Notes under the pieces: generated by a model | The model's input: the letters and a program-made list of their open reading frames with translations, nothing else | Told to the model about the DNA's origin: nothing | Database searches by the model: none | Part shown: piece by piece, positions 8,703-18,249 of the stretch | Numbering within the stretch: the first letter of the stretch is position 1 | Layout: the number at the start of each line of letters is the position of its first letter | Position numbers and translations under genes: made by a program | From: Acaryochloris marina MBIC11017 | GTDB taxonomy: Bacteria; Cyanobacteriota; Cyanobacteriia; Thermosynechococcales; Thermosynechococcaceae | DNA length: 32,000 nt | NCBI RefSeq assembly: GCF_000018105.1 | Contig: NC_009929.1 | Span: 180,001-212,000, forward strand | Reading direction: 5' to 3'

Positions 8703-9475
8703 ACTGCTACCAGTCTTCGACGCAGTAGTTGGGGGACACTCTTCTTAGCTCGGGTGACCCGTGTTCCCAGGCGGGCTAAGATAGCGACTTTGACTTCTCG
8801 CCACTGGATTTTTCCCTTGGGTGTTTTCGGGGTGGGGCGAAAGGGCACCATTACACCGTCAGCAGCAACGGCCAAAGGCAGAGCAGACAACAACTCTGAA
8901 ATCGCTTCACAAGGAGCCTGGTCACCTGATGCTTGAGCTTTGAGTTGAGTCTCTAGCGCCTGATAAGCTTTGTTGCCCATGACTTGCACCCAATTCCACA
9001 AGCTTGATGAACTGACGGATAAACCACTCCACTGACTCAGCATCCAACTAGCCAGTTCATAGGGCATAAATAGACTGAACAAGCAGCCTAGACGCACCAG
9101 TTCTTCACTGCTGTGCTGATAAGAGGTAATCCCAATGGATTGATCTAGAGGAGCTGATAGACTACCTGGACACCCTTTCGGACAACGACCTACCCGTCGC
9201 TTTCAGTAAATATTTCCCACCAGTGTCTGCATCTGACGAGATTCCCATCCCTTTGAGTGCAAGCGGGTTCCGCAGGTGGGACACCTAGGCCATTCAAATA
9301 CTGTTTTTGCTCGCCGTGAGAGTTCATCCTCCAGAAGCCATCGAGCCAAAAACAAACCCATGTGCAGAACGATATAAACCATCTGACTCAGGCTGGTTGC
9401 TTCTTTGAGTGCTTTGGCCTGTACTAGAACATCGTGATGGTCTAGTACGGCTGGCAATTGCGATGGTAGGCTCAT
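8697..9475 (-). pseudogene. ISKra4-like transposase, N-terminal and middle part (in-frame TGA at 9203..9205)
   Basis: MSLPSQ...WPRCPTCGTRLHSKGWESRQMQTLVGNIY, then TGA. The same frame continues KRRVGRCPKGCPGSLSAPLDQ...SEELVRLGCLFSLFMPYELASW...KVAILARLG...RRLVAVLG. Family name is from recall of cyanobacterial ISKra4-type transposases. Confidence 0.6.
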
Positions 9476-10228
9476 GACAAGTTTTTGATTCGGGTACAGG
9501 ATCTATTGTCCTTGACCCGTTTTTCTTTGAGACATGCATCCCCGATTCTGTGCTTACGCCCCTCTAAATCTAATCATCAATCATTATTTAGAGAAATATT
9601 TATCTTCCAAATTATAGATAGCCCATCTATAAATTAAAATTTCAAGGATAAGAATAGAAATTTTTACCCAGAAATCTACAGAGTTCAAGTATTGTAAAGT
9701 AGATTGCAACATAATTACCTCTAAAAAATTAAAATTGAGTAGATTAAGACTAGGTGATTTGAATAGCTCTCTATAGTTTTAATTTATAAAATCTATCTGT
9801 GAATAATGTGAGTGTATTAAGTAAAGCAATTAATACTCATTTCAGTCTAGATATAAATCCCTTACTGAATTTGAATAATATATTGAATATCATGGTCTTA
9901 ATTCTCTCCTATAAAGCTATATAGAACTAATCTATTGATTAAAATAATAGGATTACTTGCGACAAGGAAAACTTTGTTTCTTTCAAGCTTTTTTATCTTT
10001 TAGATATAAGGTTGTAAGTGTTCCTTCACAAGTTTCTCATCCTGTTTGGTTATAGTCAGAATGAGTTGATCATCCTTTACATTAAGAATGCGATCAATAA
10101 AATTAAATCACTTAGTGATTTTTATTTATTCACAAAGGTATCTCTAGATAAGCCTTATTAGTGTATTGCATTTGATTTAGCAGGGTGATTTTCAATACAA
10201 CCCATCTGCTATTCGTCTGGAGGCTAAT

Positions 10229-10774
10229 ATGATTAAGAAGATTTTGGTCGCCATGGATCACTCAATAAATGCTATTCAAGCTTTTGAAGTTGCAATGGAA
10301 ATAGCAGAATCTTGCCATGCTCGACTTATGCTGCTACATGTTCTATCCATCGAAGGAGAGGGCTATCAAGCACATCCTGTTTTTCCTGGAACCTATCTCT
10401 ATCCAGCTTTTTCTGACATACCGTTGAATCGCTTTCAACAAGAATGGAACAAGTATAAAGAAAAAGAGTTACATCGATTAGCAATACTGTCTGAGCAAGC
10501 AAAGTCAGTTGGAATTACTACTGAGATTACACAAAAATTTGGTAATCCTCGGCAAGAGATCTGCGATTTTGCTAAGGAATGGAACGCTGATTTAATTTTA
10601 ATGGGAAGTCGAGGTCATTCTGGGTTAAAAGAATTAGTGTTAGGTAGTATTAGCAACTATGTTGTACATCACGCCCTATGTTCAGTCATGGTTGTACGAA
10701 CACCGAATCAATTAGCAGTACAGCCCTCCACCAATTCATCGGCAGAACAGCTTCGTTTTATGATTTCAACATGA
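10229..10774 (+). CDS. Universal stress protein (UspA family)
   Basis: 181 aa: KILVAMDHS...ARLMLLHVL...ADLILMGSRGHSGLKELVLGSISNYVVHHALCSVMVVR. GGAGG lies 7 nt upstream of the ATG. Confidence 0.85.
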   Translation: MIKKILVAMDHSINAIQAFEVAMEIAESCHARLMLLHVLSIEGEGYQAHPVFPGTYLYPAFSDIPLNRFQQEWNKYKEKELHRLAILSEQAKSVGITTEITQKFGNPRQEICDFAKEWNADLILMGSRGHSGLKELVLGSISNYVVHHALCSVMVVRTPNQLAVQPSTNSSAEQLRFMIST

Positions 10775-11126
10775 TCACATAATCAACTTAATAAATTAAC
10801 CATTTATCGTTGGAATAATAGACCTCTTGCAATATTCATTTCTTGATGTGTTAATAACTCAGTTGATGCTGCAATATGACTTAGATTTTTAGGCCACTAC
10901 TATGTCGTTAGCTGAATTATGCAAGAGGTCTAATGACGTTGCTTGCTATTCAGTATATTGATAATCATTAAGAATATATTTATCCTCAATAATTACAGAG
11001 AGTCACTTGCCAAAGTTTCAATAGATTTGTACTAGGTGAAGACACAGATGATTGTCCTTACGAGCTTCTCCTCCACTCTCATATACATCTAAAGAAAGTA
11101 AATAGTCTATTATATTGAGTGAATAT

Positions 11127-11663
11127 TTAATATTTTGTTCTTTGTATGAGGTGGAGAAAATCATAAATTTTATCTTCAAATTTAAAGAGATCTTTACTAG
11201 TGATATGATAGCGGGAAATAGTATTGACTTCGTCTCTATACTCTGATGGAAAGAGTTCGCAAACTTTTAATTCAGAGACAGCTTTTGGTGGATATCCAGT
11301 GAGATCTGTAAGTTGATTAGTAATTCTTTCTTTTTGTCCAGGGCGGTCGAAACCGCAGAATGATATGAAAGAATAATTATTCAATGAATTCTTCTTACGC
11401 TTGATCAATGTTTTCAAGGGATTAGCTATCTTAGAATCCCAGATCGGTGCAACCAAGATGGTGTGATCGTAGTTTGAGATCGGGGTTTCAATTGCCTCGA
11501 TTTTGGGGCTTCTTTTGAAGATCATATCCAAAACAATCGTTAACATTGTCCGCCTCTTTTTTTCAATAATGGGGCAGATATCGCACTGAATTTCTTTGGC
11601 TAGATACTCAGCAAGTCGCCGATTATTACCTGAAAAGGAAAAATAGATAATCAAGATTCTCAC
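11127..11663 (-). CDS. Flavodoxin-like fold protein
   Basis: ORF 11127..11690. The likely start is GTG 11663, preceded by AAGGAG (8-nt spacer). N-terminus VRILIIYFSFSGNNRRLAEYLAKEI resembles the flavodoxin-type phosphate-binding loop. Very low GC. Confidence 0.6.
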   Translation of the reverse strand: MRILIIYFSFSGNNRRLAEYLAKEIQCDICPIIEKKRRTMLTIVLDMIFKRSPKIEAIETPISNYDHTILVAPIWDSKIANPLKTLIKRKKNSLNNYSFISFCGFDRPGQKERITNQLTDLTGYPPKAVSELKVCELFPSEYRDEVNTISRYHITSKDLFKFEDKIYDFLHLIQRTKY

Positions 11664-11837
11664 AGACGTGCTCCTTATGCAAGAGTACAAAAAGGGAGAC
11701 TCATTCAGCAGTATAGTTATGGAGACAAAGGCTGCAAAACTGCAAAACTATTGATCTCTTGATCTCCTCTATGGCGCATAAACAATTATGATTCGGTAAT
11801 ATCTATTTCATATGGATTTGATAGATTTCCCTATGAC

Positions 11838-13805
11838 TTAATTAATTCCGATTAGCTGATGTGAATTTAGGGTAGTTTGGATCAACTCTTTTCCTTGAGG
11901 TAACTTACCTGTCTGTAACCATTCATCCATATCAGGTGGGAATTGAGGTTGACTCAACAGCGAATGCAATTCTTGACTTTCTAAAACCTCTTTCTCTAAA
12001 AGATGACTTGCAGTTAATTGGAGCATATCTTGATTGATGGATAGAATACTCAATGCCATATGGTGAGCCCCATCTACCACATCCTTAACTGCTTGATCAA
12101 TTGCTTCAACGACTTGGGGACCAACGGTACGGCGTGGATTAGGCACTCCTTCTAGAAACTGTTGTTGTGCCTTTTCATACGCAATCGGACCAAGTTCATC
12201 ACTCATACCGTAGAGGGTGACATACCGTTCAGCTAAATCGGTTGCTTTTTGGATATCATCACTGGCTCCTGTAGAAACAACTCCAAAAATCAACTCTTCA
12301 GCTGAACGTCCTCCTAGCAAAGTCGCTATCCGGCCCCGCAATTCACTTGCTGTGATCAAGAAGCGGTCTTCTTCAGGAAGTTGCAGAGTATAGCCCAGTG
12401 CACCAATGCCGCGGGGAATGACCGAAATTTTCTCAACCGTCCCTGCACCTGGCATTAAACTGCCCACAATAGCGTGCCCTACTTCGTGATAAGCAACAGT
12501 CTTTTTCTCTAAATCATTGAGAACGCGCGACTTTTTCTCCAGTCCTGCGACAACTCGCTCAATCGCTTCATTAAAATCGGACATGACTACTGCATCACGG
12601 CTCTGACGAGCTGCTAGTAGGGCTGCTTCATTCACCAAATTGGCCAAATCTGCCCCAGAAAATCCGGGTGTCCTTACTGCTAACTTGGTCAAGTTAATAT
12701 CTTCAGCCAGTTTCACTCCTCTAACATGGACCTTCAAGATTGCCTCCCGACCCATCTTGTCAGGGCGATCTACTACTATTTGCCGATCAAATCGACCAGG
12801 ACGGAGCAGTGCCGGGTCAAGTACCTCTGGACGGTTGGTAGCTGCTAACAGAATAACCCCAACATTTGGATCAAACCCATCCATCTCCGAAAGTAGTTGA
12901 TTAAGCGTTTGTTCTCGCTCATCATTTCCTCCAGTGAATCCACCGGGTCCTCCCCGTGCCTTGCCTAGGGCATCTAATTCATCGATAAATACAATACAAG
13001 GAGCTTGTTGCTTTGCTTGTTCAAACAAATCGCGAACTCGGGCTGCGCCAATACCGACAAATAGCTCAATAAACTCTGATCCTGAAATACTGAAAAACGG
13101 CACCTTTGCTTCTCCGGCAATAGCTTTAGCGAGCAAAGTTTTACCTGTTCCCGGTGGGCCAACTAACAAGACACCTTTGGGTATTTTGGCTCCCAAGCGG
13201 GTGTATTTGTCGGCATGAGCTAGAAAATCTACAATTTCTAGCAATTCAGTTTTTGCCTCTTCAACTCCAGCAACATCGTCAAATGTTACACCTGTACTTC
13301 CTTCTGAGTAAATGCGTGCCTTGCTTTGGCCCACCGTTAGGGCAGCAGGGCCTGCCCCTTGATTTCGATTGATCAACCAACTCCAAATGCCAAAGAAAAT
13401 TAACGGTGGTACAACCCACCCTAAAAGTGTCGGCAACCAGCTTAAGGAGCTTGGAGGTGGAGCAAAGTACTGAACATCATGCTCTCGCAAAAACTTGGGT
13501 AATTCTAAATCAATCCCAACAGGCACTGTATCGAATACTGCAGCAGTCTCAGTCCCCTCATTAAATCCATACTGATCGCTTTTCAAGATATATCGAATGC
13601 GATCTGGCCGAACCTCCACCCGTTCAACCTGCCCCGCCTCTACTTGAGTAATAAAATCACTGTAGGCAGTTATCGGGAACCGCGGTCCTCGCAAAACAAA
13701 TAGATTTAGAAATAATAATAATGTAAACAGAATGAATAAACTGCCACCAAACCGCTTGGGCTCAAAATTTTTTCGAGTGCGATTAGGCTCTGTTTCAATA
13801 GGCAT
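11838..13805 (-). CDS. ftsH: ATP-dependent zinc metalloprotease FtsH
   Basis: 655 aa with two N-terminal TM segments, Walker A GPPGTGKT, Walker B IVFIDELD and zinc site HEVGHAI. AGGAG lies 9 nt upstream of the ATG. Confidence 0.95.
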   Translation of the reverse strand: MPIETEPNRTRKNFEPKRFGGSLFILFTLLLFLNLFVLRGPRFPITAYSDFITQVEAGQVERVEVRPDRIRYILKSDQYGFNEGTETAAVFDTVPVGIDLELPKFLREHDVQYFAPPPSSLSWLPTLLGWVVPPLIFFGIWSWLINRNQGAGPAALTVGQSKARIYSEGSTGVTFDDVAGVEEAKTELLEIVDFLAHADKYTRLGAKIPKGVLLVGPPGTGKTLLAKAIAGEAKVPFFSISGSEFIELFVGIGAARVRDLFEQAKQQAPCIVFIDELDALGKARGGPGGFTGGNDEREQTLNQLLSEMDGFDPNVGVILLAATNRPEVLDPALLRPGRFDRQIVVDRPDKMGREAILKVHVRGVKLAEDINLTKLAVRTPGFSGADLANLVNEAALLAARQSRDAVVMSDFNEAIERVVAGLEKKSRVLNDLEKKTVAYHEVGHAIVGSLMPGAGTVEKISVIPRGIGALGYTLQLPEEDRFLITASELRGRIATLLGGRSAEELIFGVVSTGASDDIQKATDLAERYVTLYGMSDELGPIAYEKAQQQFLEGVPNPRRTVGPQVVEAIDQAVKDVVDGAHHMALSILSINQDMLQLTASHLLEKEVLESQELHSLLSQPQFPPDMDEWLQTGKLPQGKELIQTTLNSHQLIGIN

Positions 13806-14347
13806 AGTTGCTTCTCCTGAATAGGTTGATTTTGTCTGTTATTCATTCAAAGCTGCATTGTTCAAGTCAATAAGATATAGCATCTGAGAATTTGAATAAC
13901 AAATGTTTCAGTACCCTCCTTCAGACAAATAATGAATTTAATTTCACTTCATCCTGAAGTTAGAGGAAGAGTTTGAGTAATTTGTGAGGCATAAAGTGAA
14001 GTGGTTCTCAAAGTTTGGATAATTGTGAAGGACAGCTCAAAGATATATACTTTGTTTCCCAATATCGCTTGCAGGCATAATATCTCTTGATAGTATTCCT
14101 ACCTTTAAGATTGGGGTTCACTACTCAATCTTTTTGTGATTTCACAAGATTCTCAATTTATCTTTCTAGCCTTAAGGTAGTTACCTTTCTGAATAGTGCG
14201 ACTAGAAAAATCAGCGACTCGTTATAGAACAAAACGCTGATATCTCACTATCTAACAGATAAATACAATGGGTTAAGCAATTTCCAGAGCTTGATTGATC
14301 AGTGAGCAACTTGAGATAAACAGCAAAATTATTGCGGGAGATCAAGT

Positions 14348-15295
14348 ATGAGTAATCAACATCCAAAAGTTTTGGTAGCAGGAGCCACAGGATATATTGG
14401 TGGTGGTGTATTAGAGGTTTTACATCAACAAGGTTTTTGGGTCCGTGCCTTATGTCGCGATCAAAACCGCCTGAGGAATGCCAATTGGTGCGATGACATT
14501 TTCATAGGCCATGCTACTCAACCAGACACTTTGAAAGATCTTTGTGAAGATATAGACGTTGTTTTCTCATCCATAGGTATTCATTCATTCAACCGTCACC
14601 CCACTTTTTGGGATGTGGACTATCAAGCCAACCTGAATATTCTTGAAGCGGCTAAAGCTGCAGGTGTCAAACATTTCATCTTTGTTTCTGTGTTACGTGC
14701 CTCTGAAATGGCACGTCTATCGCCCCTGGCCAAAGCAAGGGATCAGGTCGCTCAAGCGATCATGGCCTCAGGGATGGATTACAACATCTTTGCGCCCACT
14801 GGATTCTTTAATGATGCACAAGAGTTCTTAGTCGCAGCGAAACGGAAGGGTGTAATTCATCTGTTCGGAGATGGTTCTAGTATTTATAATCCCTTGAGTG
14901 CGCTCGATTTTGGTGAAGAAGTGGCTAGGGTGATCAAGGAGCCATTGCTTAGAAATACAGTTAGACCAGTTGGAGGATGTGAGAAATATAGCAATCGACA
15001 AATGGCCGAATTAGTTTTTGAAATTCTTGATCAAGAACCTAACATCAAATCAATCCCTACTTGGGTAATAGCCTTATGGGCATTAGCTCTTCGTCCTTTT
15101 AACTACAATGCTTATGCGTTGGTCAAATTCTTCGAGTTCACTGCTCGTACCCCAGATATGACAGGCGAGGCGATTGGTCACAGACATGTTGGGGATTTTT
15201 TGAGAAATCTTGCCAAAGGCATGTCTTTGGTAGAGGCAGATAGGGCTTTGGGCTTATGGAATGAGTCGCGATTGCCTGTGGATGCCAAGAGGTAA
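14348..15295 (+). CDS. NAD(P)H-binding atypical SDR / NmrA-like protein (BciA/DVR-like architecture)
   Basis: 315 aa. Rossmann motif VLVAGATGYIGGGV. WDVDYQANLNILEAAKAAGVKHFIFVS, PTGFF and FGDG blocks resemble, from memory, 8-vinyl reductase-type NmrA-like proteins. GGGAG lies upstream of the ATG. Confidence 0.7.
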   Translation: MSNQHPKVLVAGATGYIGGGVLEVLHQQGFWVRALCRDQNRLRNANWCDDIFIGHATQPDTLKDLCEDIDVVFSSIGIHSFNRHPTFWDVDYQANLNILEAAKAAGVKHFIFVSVLRASEMARLSPLAKARDQVAQAIMASGMDYNIFAPTGFFNDAQEFLVAAKRKGVIHLFGDGSSIYNPLSALDFGEEVARVIKEPLLRNTVRPVGGCEKYSNRQMAELVFEILDQEPNIKSIPTWVIALWALALRPFNYNAYALVKFFEFTARTPDMTGEAIGHRHVGDFLRNLAKGMSLVEADRALGLWNESRLPVDAKR

Positions 15296-16220
15296 GGGCC
15301 ATATCACTGTTAATCGATAAAACGGTTGGCCTAGTGTTCAATAACATCCGATTGGTGTAGAACGACGTTTCCCAATACCTCCTTGGAAGACCCTCAGTTT
15401 AAGGTTGGAATTGGTGAAATCGAGCGTTTATGCAGCTGAATTTATCGAATGTCTTGCTGCTCTTTTTCGGAGTTTGTTCATGAGTACGATTTCTAATCAG
15501 CCTCACAACTCTGCACATGAAGTTGAACTATCCTCAACTGCTGAACAACCCCTTGGGCAATGGCTGTTGCCAGGTGGAGAAGATCCCTCCCAATTCACAT
15601 GGCAAGACGCTTGGCATCCCATTGCCTATGTGAAGGATTTAGATCCATCTCAATTGTCAACGTTCACGCTGTTAGAACAAGATTTGGTCATTTGGTGGGA
15701 TCAATCGGCAGAAACTTGGAGGGTCTTTGCTGATCAATGCCCTCATCGGCTGGCTCCCCTATCTGAAGGTCGCCTTACTGCAGATGGTTTGCTGGAATGC
15801 CCGTATCACGGTTGGGCGTTCTCCGGTTTAGGTCAATGCTGTCGGATTCCTCAGCAGGTTGGTGGCCAATCAGTGGAGCAATCCCGACGGGCTTGTGTTC
15901 AATCTTTGCCAACAACAGTGAGACAGGGGATGTTGTTTGTTTATCCGGGGCAATCCGAACGCGCAGCTCACATCCCCATCCCATTAGTGGCACCGTTAGA
16001 AGAAGCACCAAATAAATGGATTGTCTTGGATGGGGTGCGCGATCTACCTTTCGATGTGCTCACACTGTTGGAAAATGTCTTGGATCCGAGTCATTTACCC
16101 TTTGCTCATCACCGTTCCGTTGGCGATCGCAGTGTGGCTGGCCCCATGGACCTAGTGCTCGACCACACTGAATTGGATAGGTAAGCTAGCAACAATCTAG
16201 CTGTTTTTAGCCAACTAATC

Positions 16221-17338
16221 ATGCCTGACAAATATATTGTGACGCTAACGCCTGAAGAACGCAGTGAGCTGATACAACTCACCCGACGTAGAACCCTGTC
16301 AGCGCGAAAAATGAAACGAGCCCAGATTTTGATGTTGGCAGATGAGGGACACAAAGACGATACCATTACTCAAATGCTCAATGCAGGCATCTCTACCGTG
16401 CATCGTACTCGCCAGAAATTTGTTGAAGGTGGTGTGGAATTTGCCCTCAATGAGCGTCCCAGACCAGGAGGGCAAAAGAAGCTCGATAGCAAAGCAGAGG
16501 CCTTGCTAATTGCGACAGCTTGTAGCGACCCACCAACCGGTTGTTGCCGGTGGACCATGCAGCTATTGGCAGAACGGCTGGTTGAACTTAAAGTCGTCGA
16601 AAGCCTATCGGATGAAACTGTGCGACGTACGCTCGAAAAAAACAGCTTAAGCCTTGGCTAAAAGAGCAGTGGTGTTTTTCTACTGTAGGCGCAGACTTTG
16701 TTTGGCGGATGGAGAACGTTCTAGATTGGTATGCCCAACCCTACGATCCTGATGAGCCTGTTGTTTGTTTTGATGAACGGCCTTGCCAACTGATTGGCGA
16801 AACCCGGGTGCCCCGTCCACCGAAGCCCGGTCGTCCTCAACGCTACGACCATGAATATGAGCGGAAGGGCACTTGTAATATATTTGGCTTTTTTCAACCG
16901 CTCAAAAGTTGGCGACATTTGAAGGTGACTGAGCATCGCAAAAGCGAAGATTTTGCACTTTGCATGCAATATCTAGTGGATGGTCTGTTTCCCCAGGCTG
17001 ACAAGCTACATGTTGTTTTGGACAATCTCAATACCCATTCTCCCGCAGCACTTTACAAAACCTTCAATCCAGATGAAGCCTTGCGGATTCTCAAGCGTAT
17101 TCAGTTTCACTACACCCCAAAACATGGCAGTTGGCTCAATATGATTGAGTTTGAGTTCTCTGCCCTTTCGAGGCAATGCTTAAATCGGCGGATTCCTGAT
17201 ATTGAACAACTCCGGTACGAGGTCACTGCATGGGAAAAAAGGCGGAACCATGATAAGGCAACGGTTAATTGGTTGTTTACGGTGGATGATGCACGAACTA
17301 AACTCAGCCGACTCTATCCCCAAACTATCCTGTCATAA
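16221..17338 (+). CDS. IS630-family transposase (ORF1 16221..~16643 and ORF2 to 17338, joined by -1 frameshift)
   Basis: ORF1 has HTH regions. ORF2 carries the DDE part: VVCFDE..., VVLDNLNTH, HYTPKHGSWLNMIEFEF. In the -1 frame the sequence reads ...TLEKK-QLKPWLKEQWCF...RMENVLDWY, as in full-length IS630 transposases. Confidence 0.85.
16637..16643 (+). promoter_or_regulatory. A AAA AAC slippery heptamer, candidate -1 programmed frameshift site of the IS630 transposase
   Basis: GAA AAA AAC in the ORF1 frame; the ORF2 frame is -1 relative to it. This is a classical X XXY YYZ pattern. Confidence 0.65.
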
Positions 17339-18249
17339 TCACTGTGGCGAAGCACTAGAGATTAACCACGCGGATAGACAGGGATTTCAAGGAATTTGGA
17401 AAACGGCTGTTGGTCCTAAAAAAGGCCAATTCGGAACTCAATTGACTACCTTCATCGCCCCCAATCTGATGTGGCATGATTTGACCACTCAGGAAAAGAA
17501 TCGTACTCTGACCGTTGCCTACTGCACACCTATTCGCAAGGGAGAATGCCGCCTGTTTGCTCGCTTCCCCTTTCAATTCGCCTCTCCTTTGCCAGCGGGG
17601 TTGATGCGCTACACCCCCAGTTGGGTCTTTCACTTGCTGCAAAATTCTATTCTAGAAGATGACCAAATTTTCTTGTACCTTCAGGAGCGTCATCTCACCC
17701 AGCAGAAGCAGGGGATACCGATTGCGCAATCCTACTATATGCCAACCCGAGCGGATCGGTTTGTAGTGGCATTACACCAGTGGCTGCAACGCTACACTGC
17801 GGATCCCTTCCCCAATAAGCCGTTGCCCCCAGCGATAGGGCGAGAACAGGTGATCGAACGCTATCACTCTCATACTGTTCACTGTGCTAGTTGTCGGACT
17901 ACGCTGAGCCGAATCAAGAGAGGACGACAAGGGATGGTTATGGGGGCACTTGTGGCTTGGATAACGGTGCAACTTTATCTCTTAGATTGGGGAGGAACCG
18001 CCAAGTTAGCCCGAGTTGCCAGCATTAGCTTCATCGTTTGCACCATCATCTGGCTCAGTTTAGGGTGGCTTGAGCGCAAGTTTTACGAGGGCCGCTCCAT
18101 CCCACTTCGCAATGTCTCAGAGAAATAGGACTTTTCACCAAAAGTCTTTTGGGTGAAATACCGAAGATTCAACTGTGCGGTGATCAAAAAACTGATTAGT
18201 AGGAATGAGATAGACGCATAACTTTGCTCAACATCGAAGAGGACGCAAT

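Larger units (their letters stand above)
5737..9540 (-). mobile_element. ISKra4-like insertion sequence remnant (3' part cut off by the Tn3-family element; right boundary approximate)
   Basis: A single minus-strand transposase frame is traceable from 9475 down to 5737 once the IS21 element is removed. GC content collapses a little beyond 9540-9570. Confidence 0.5.
16180..17374 (+). mobile_element. IS630-family insertion sequence (1195 bp) at a TA target
   Basis: TA at 16178-16179 and 17375-17376. Removing the IS plus one TA restores the Rieske oxygenase frame. Terminal inverted repeats are only loosely recognisable by eye. Confidence 0.8.
15480..18128 (+). pseudogene. PaO/CAO/Tic55-family Rieske non-heme-iron oxygenase, interrupted by IS630 (coding parts about 15480..16179 and 17377..18128)
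   Basis: Rieske motif CPHRLAPLSEGR...CPYHGWAF and mononuclear-iron motif ENVLDPSHLPFAHH. C-terminal PaO-type region: FIAPNLMWHDL, ILEDDQIFLYLQE, CASC and two hydrophobic helices. The two halves are in the same frame and join as ...LDHTELD-RQGFQGIW... The start is probably ATG 15480 (MSTISNQ), not the TTG at 15405. Confidence 0.85.

Noticed and set aside
9203-9205. TGA in the ISKra4-like transposase as selenocysteine or programmed readthrough
   Set aside because: No SECIS-like hairpin was noticed downstream. The gene is already destroyed by two insertions, so a simple nonsense mutation is the parsimonious reading.
9514-9524. 11-mer GACCCGTTTTT shared with 54..64, next to the IR-like motif at the left edge; possible third transposon end near the GC break
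   Set aside because: Hundreds of exact 11-mer matches are expected by chance within a 32-kb window counting both strands. Flanking similarity is weak (TTGT plus a few bases) and spacing to the IR consensus differs. It is worth a computational alignment but is not supportable by eye.
11732-11747. Tandem CTGCAAAA x2 between the flavodoxin-like gene and ftsH
   Set aside because: Only two 8-bp units. It is too short for a CRISPR or VNTR-type feature.
12640-13372. Plus-strand ORFs of 62-94 aa inside ftsH (12640..12900, 12934..13218, 13154..13372) and the minus-strand out-of-frame ORF 12974..13162
   Set aside because: They lie entirely within a strongly supported FtsH coding region. Their translations are low-complexity (Ser/Pro/Arg-rich), typical of shadow ORFs.
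14134-14147. TGTGA...TCACA reminiscent of a CRP-family (or NtcA-type) site
   Set aside because: The half-sites are separated by 2 nt, not the 6 nt required for CRP-type (TGTGA-N6-TCACA) sites or the GTA-N8-TAC of NtcA. It is kept only as an unassigned palindrome.
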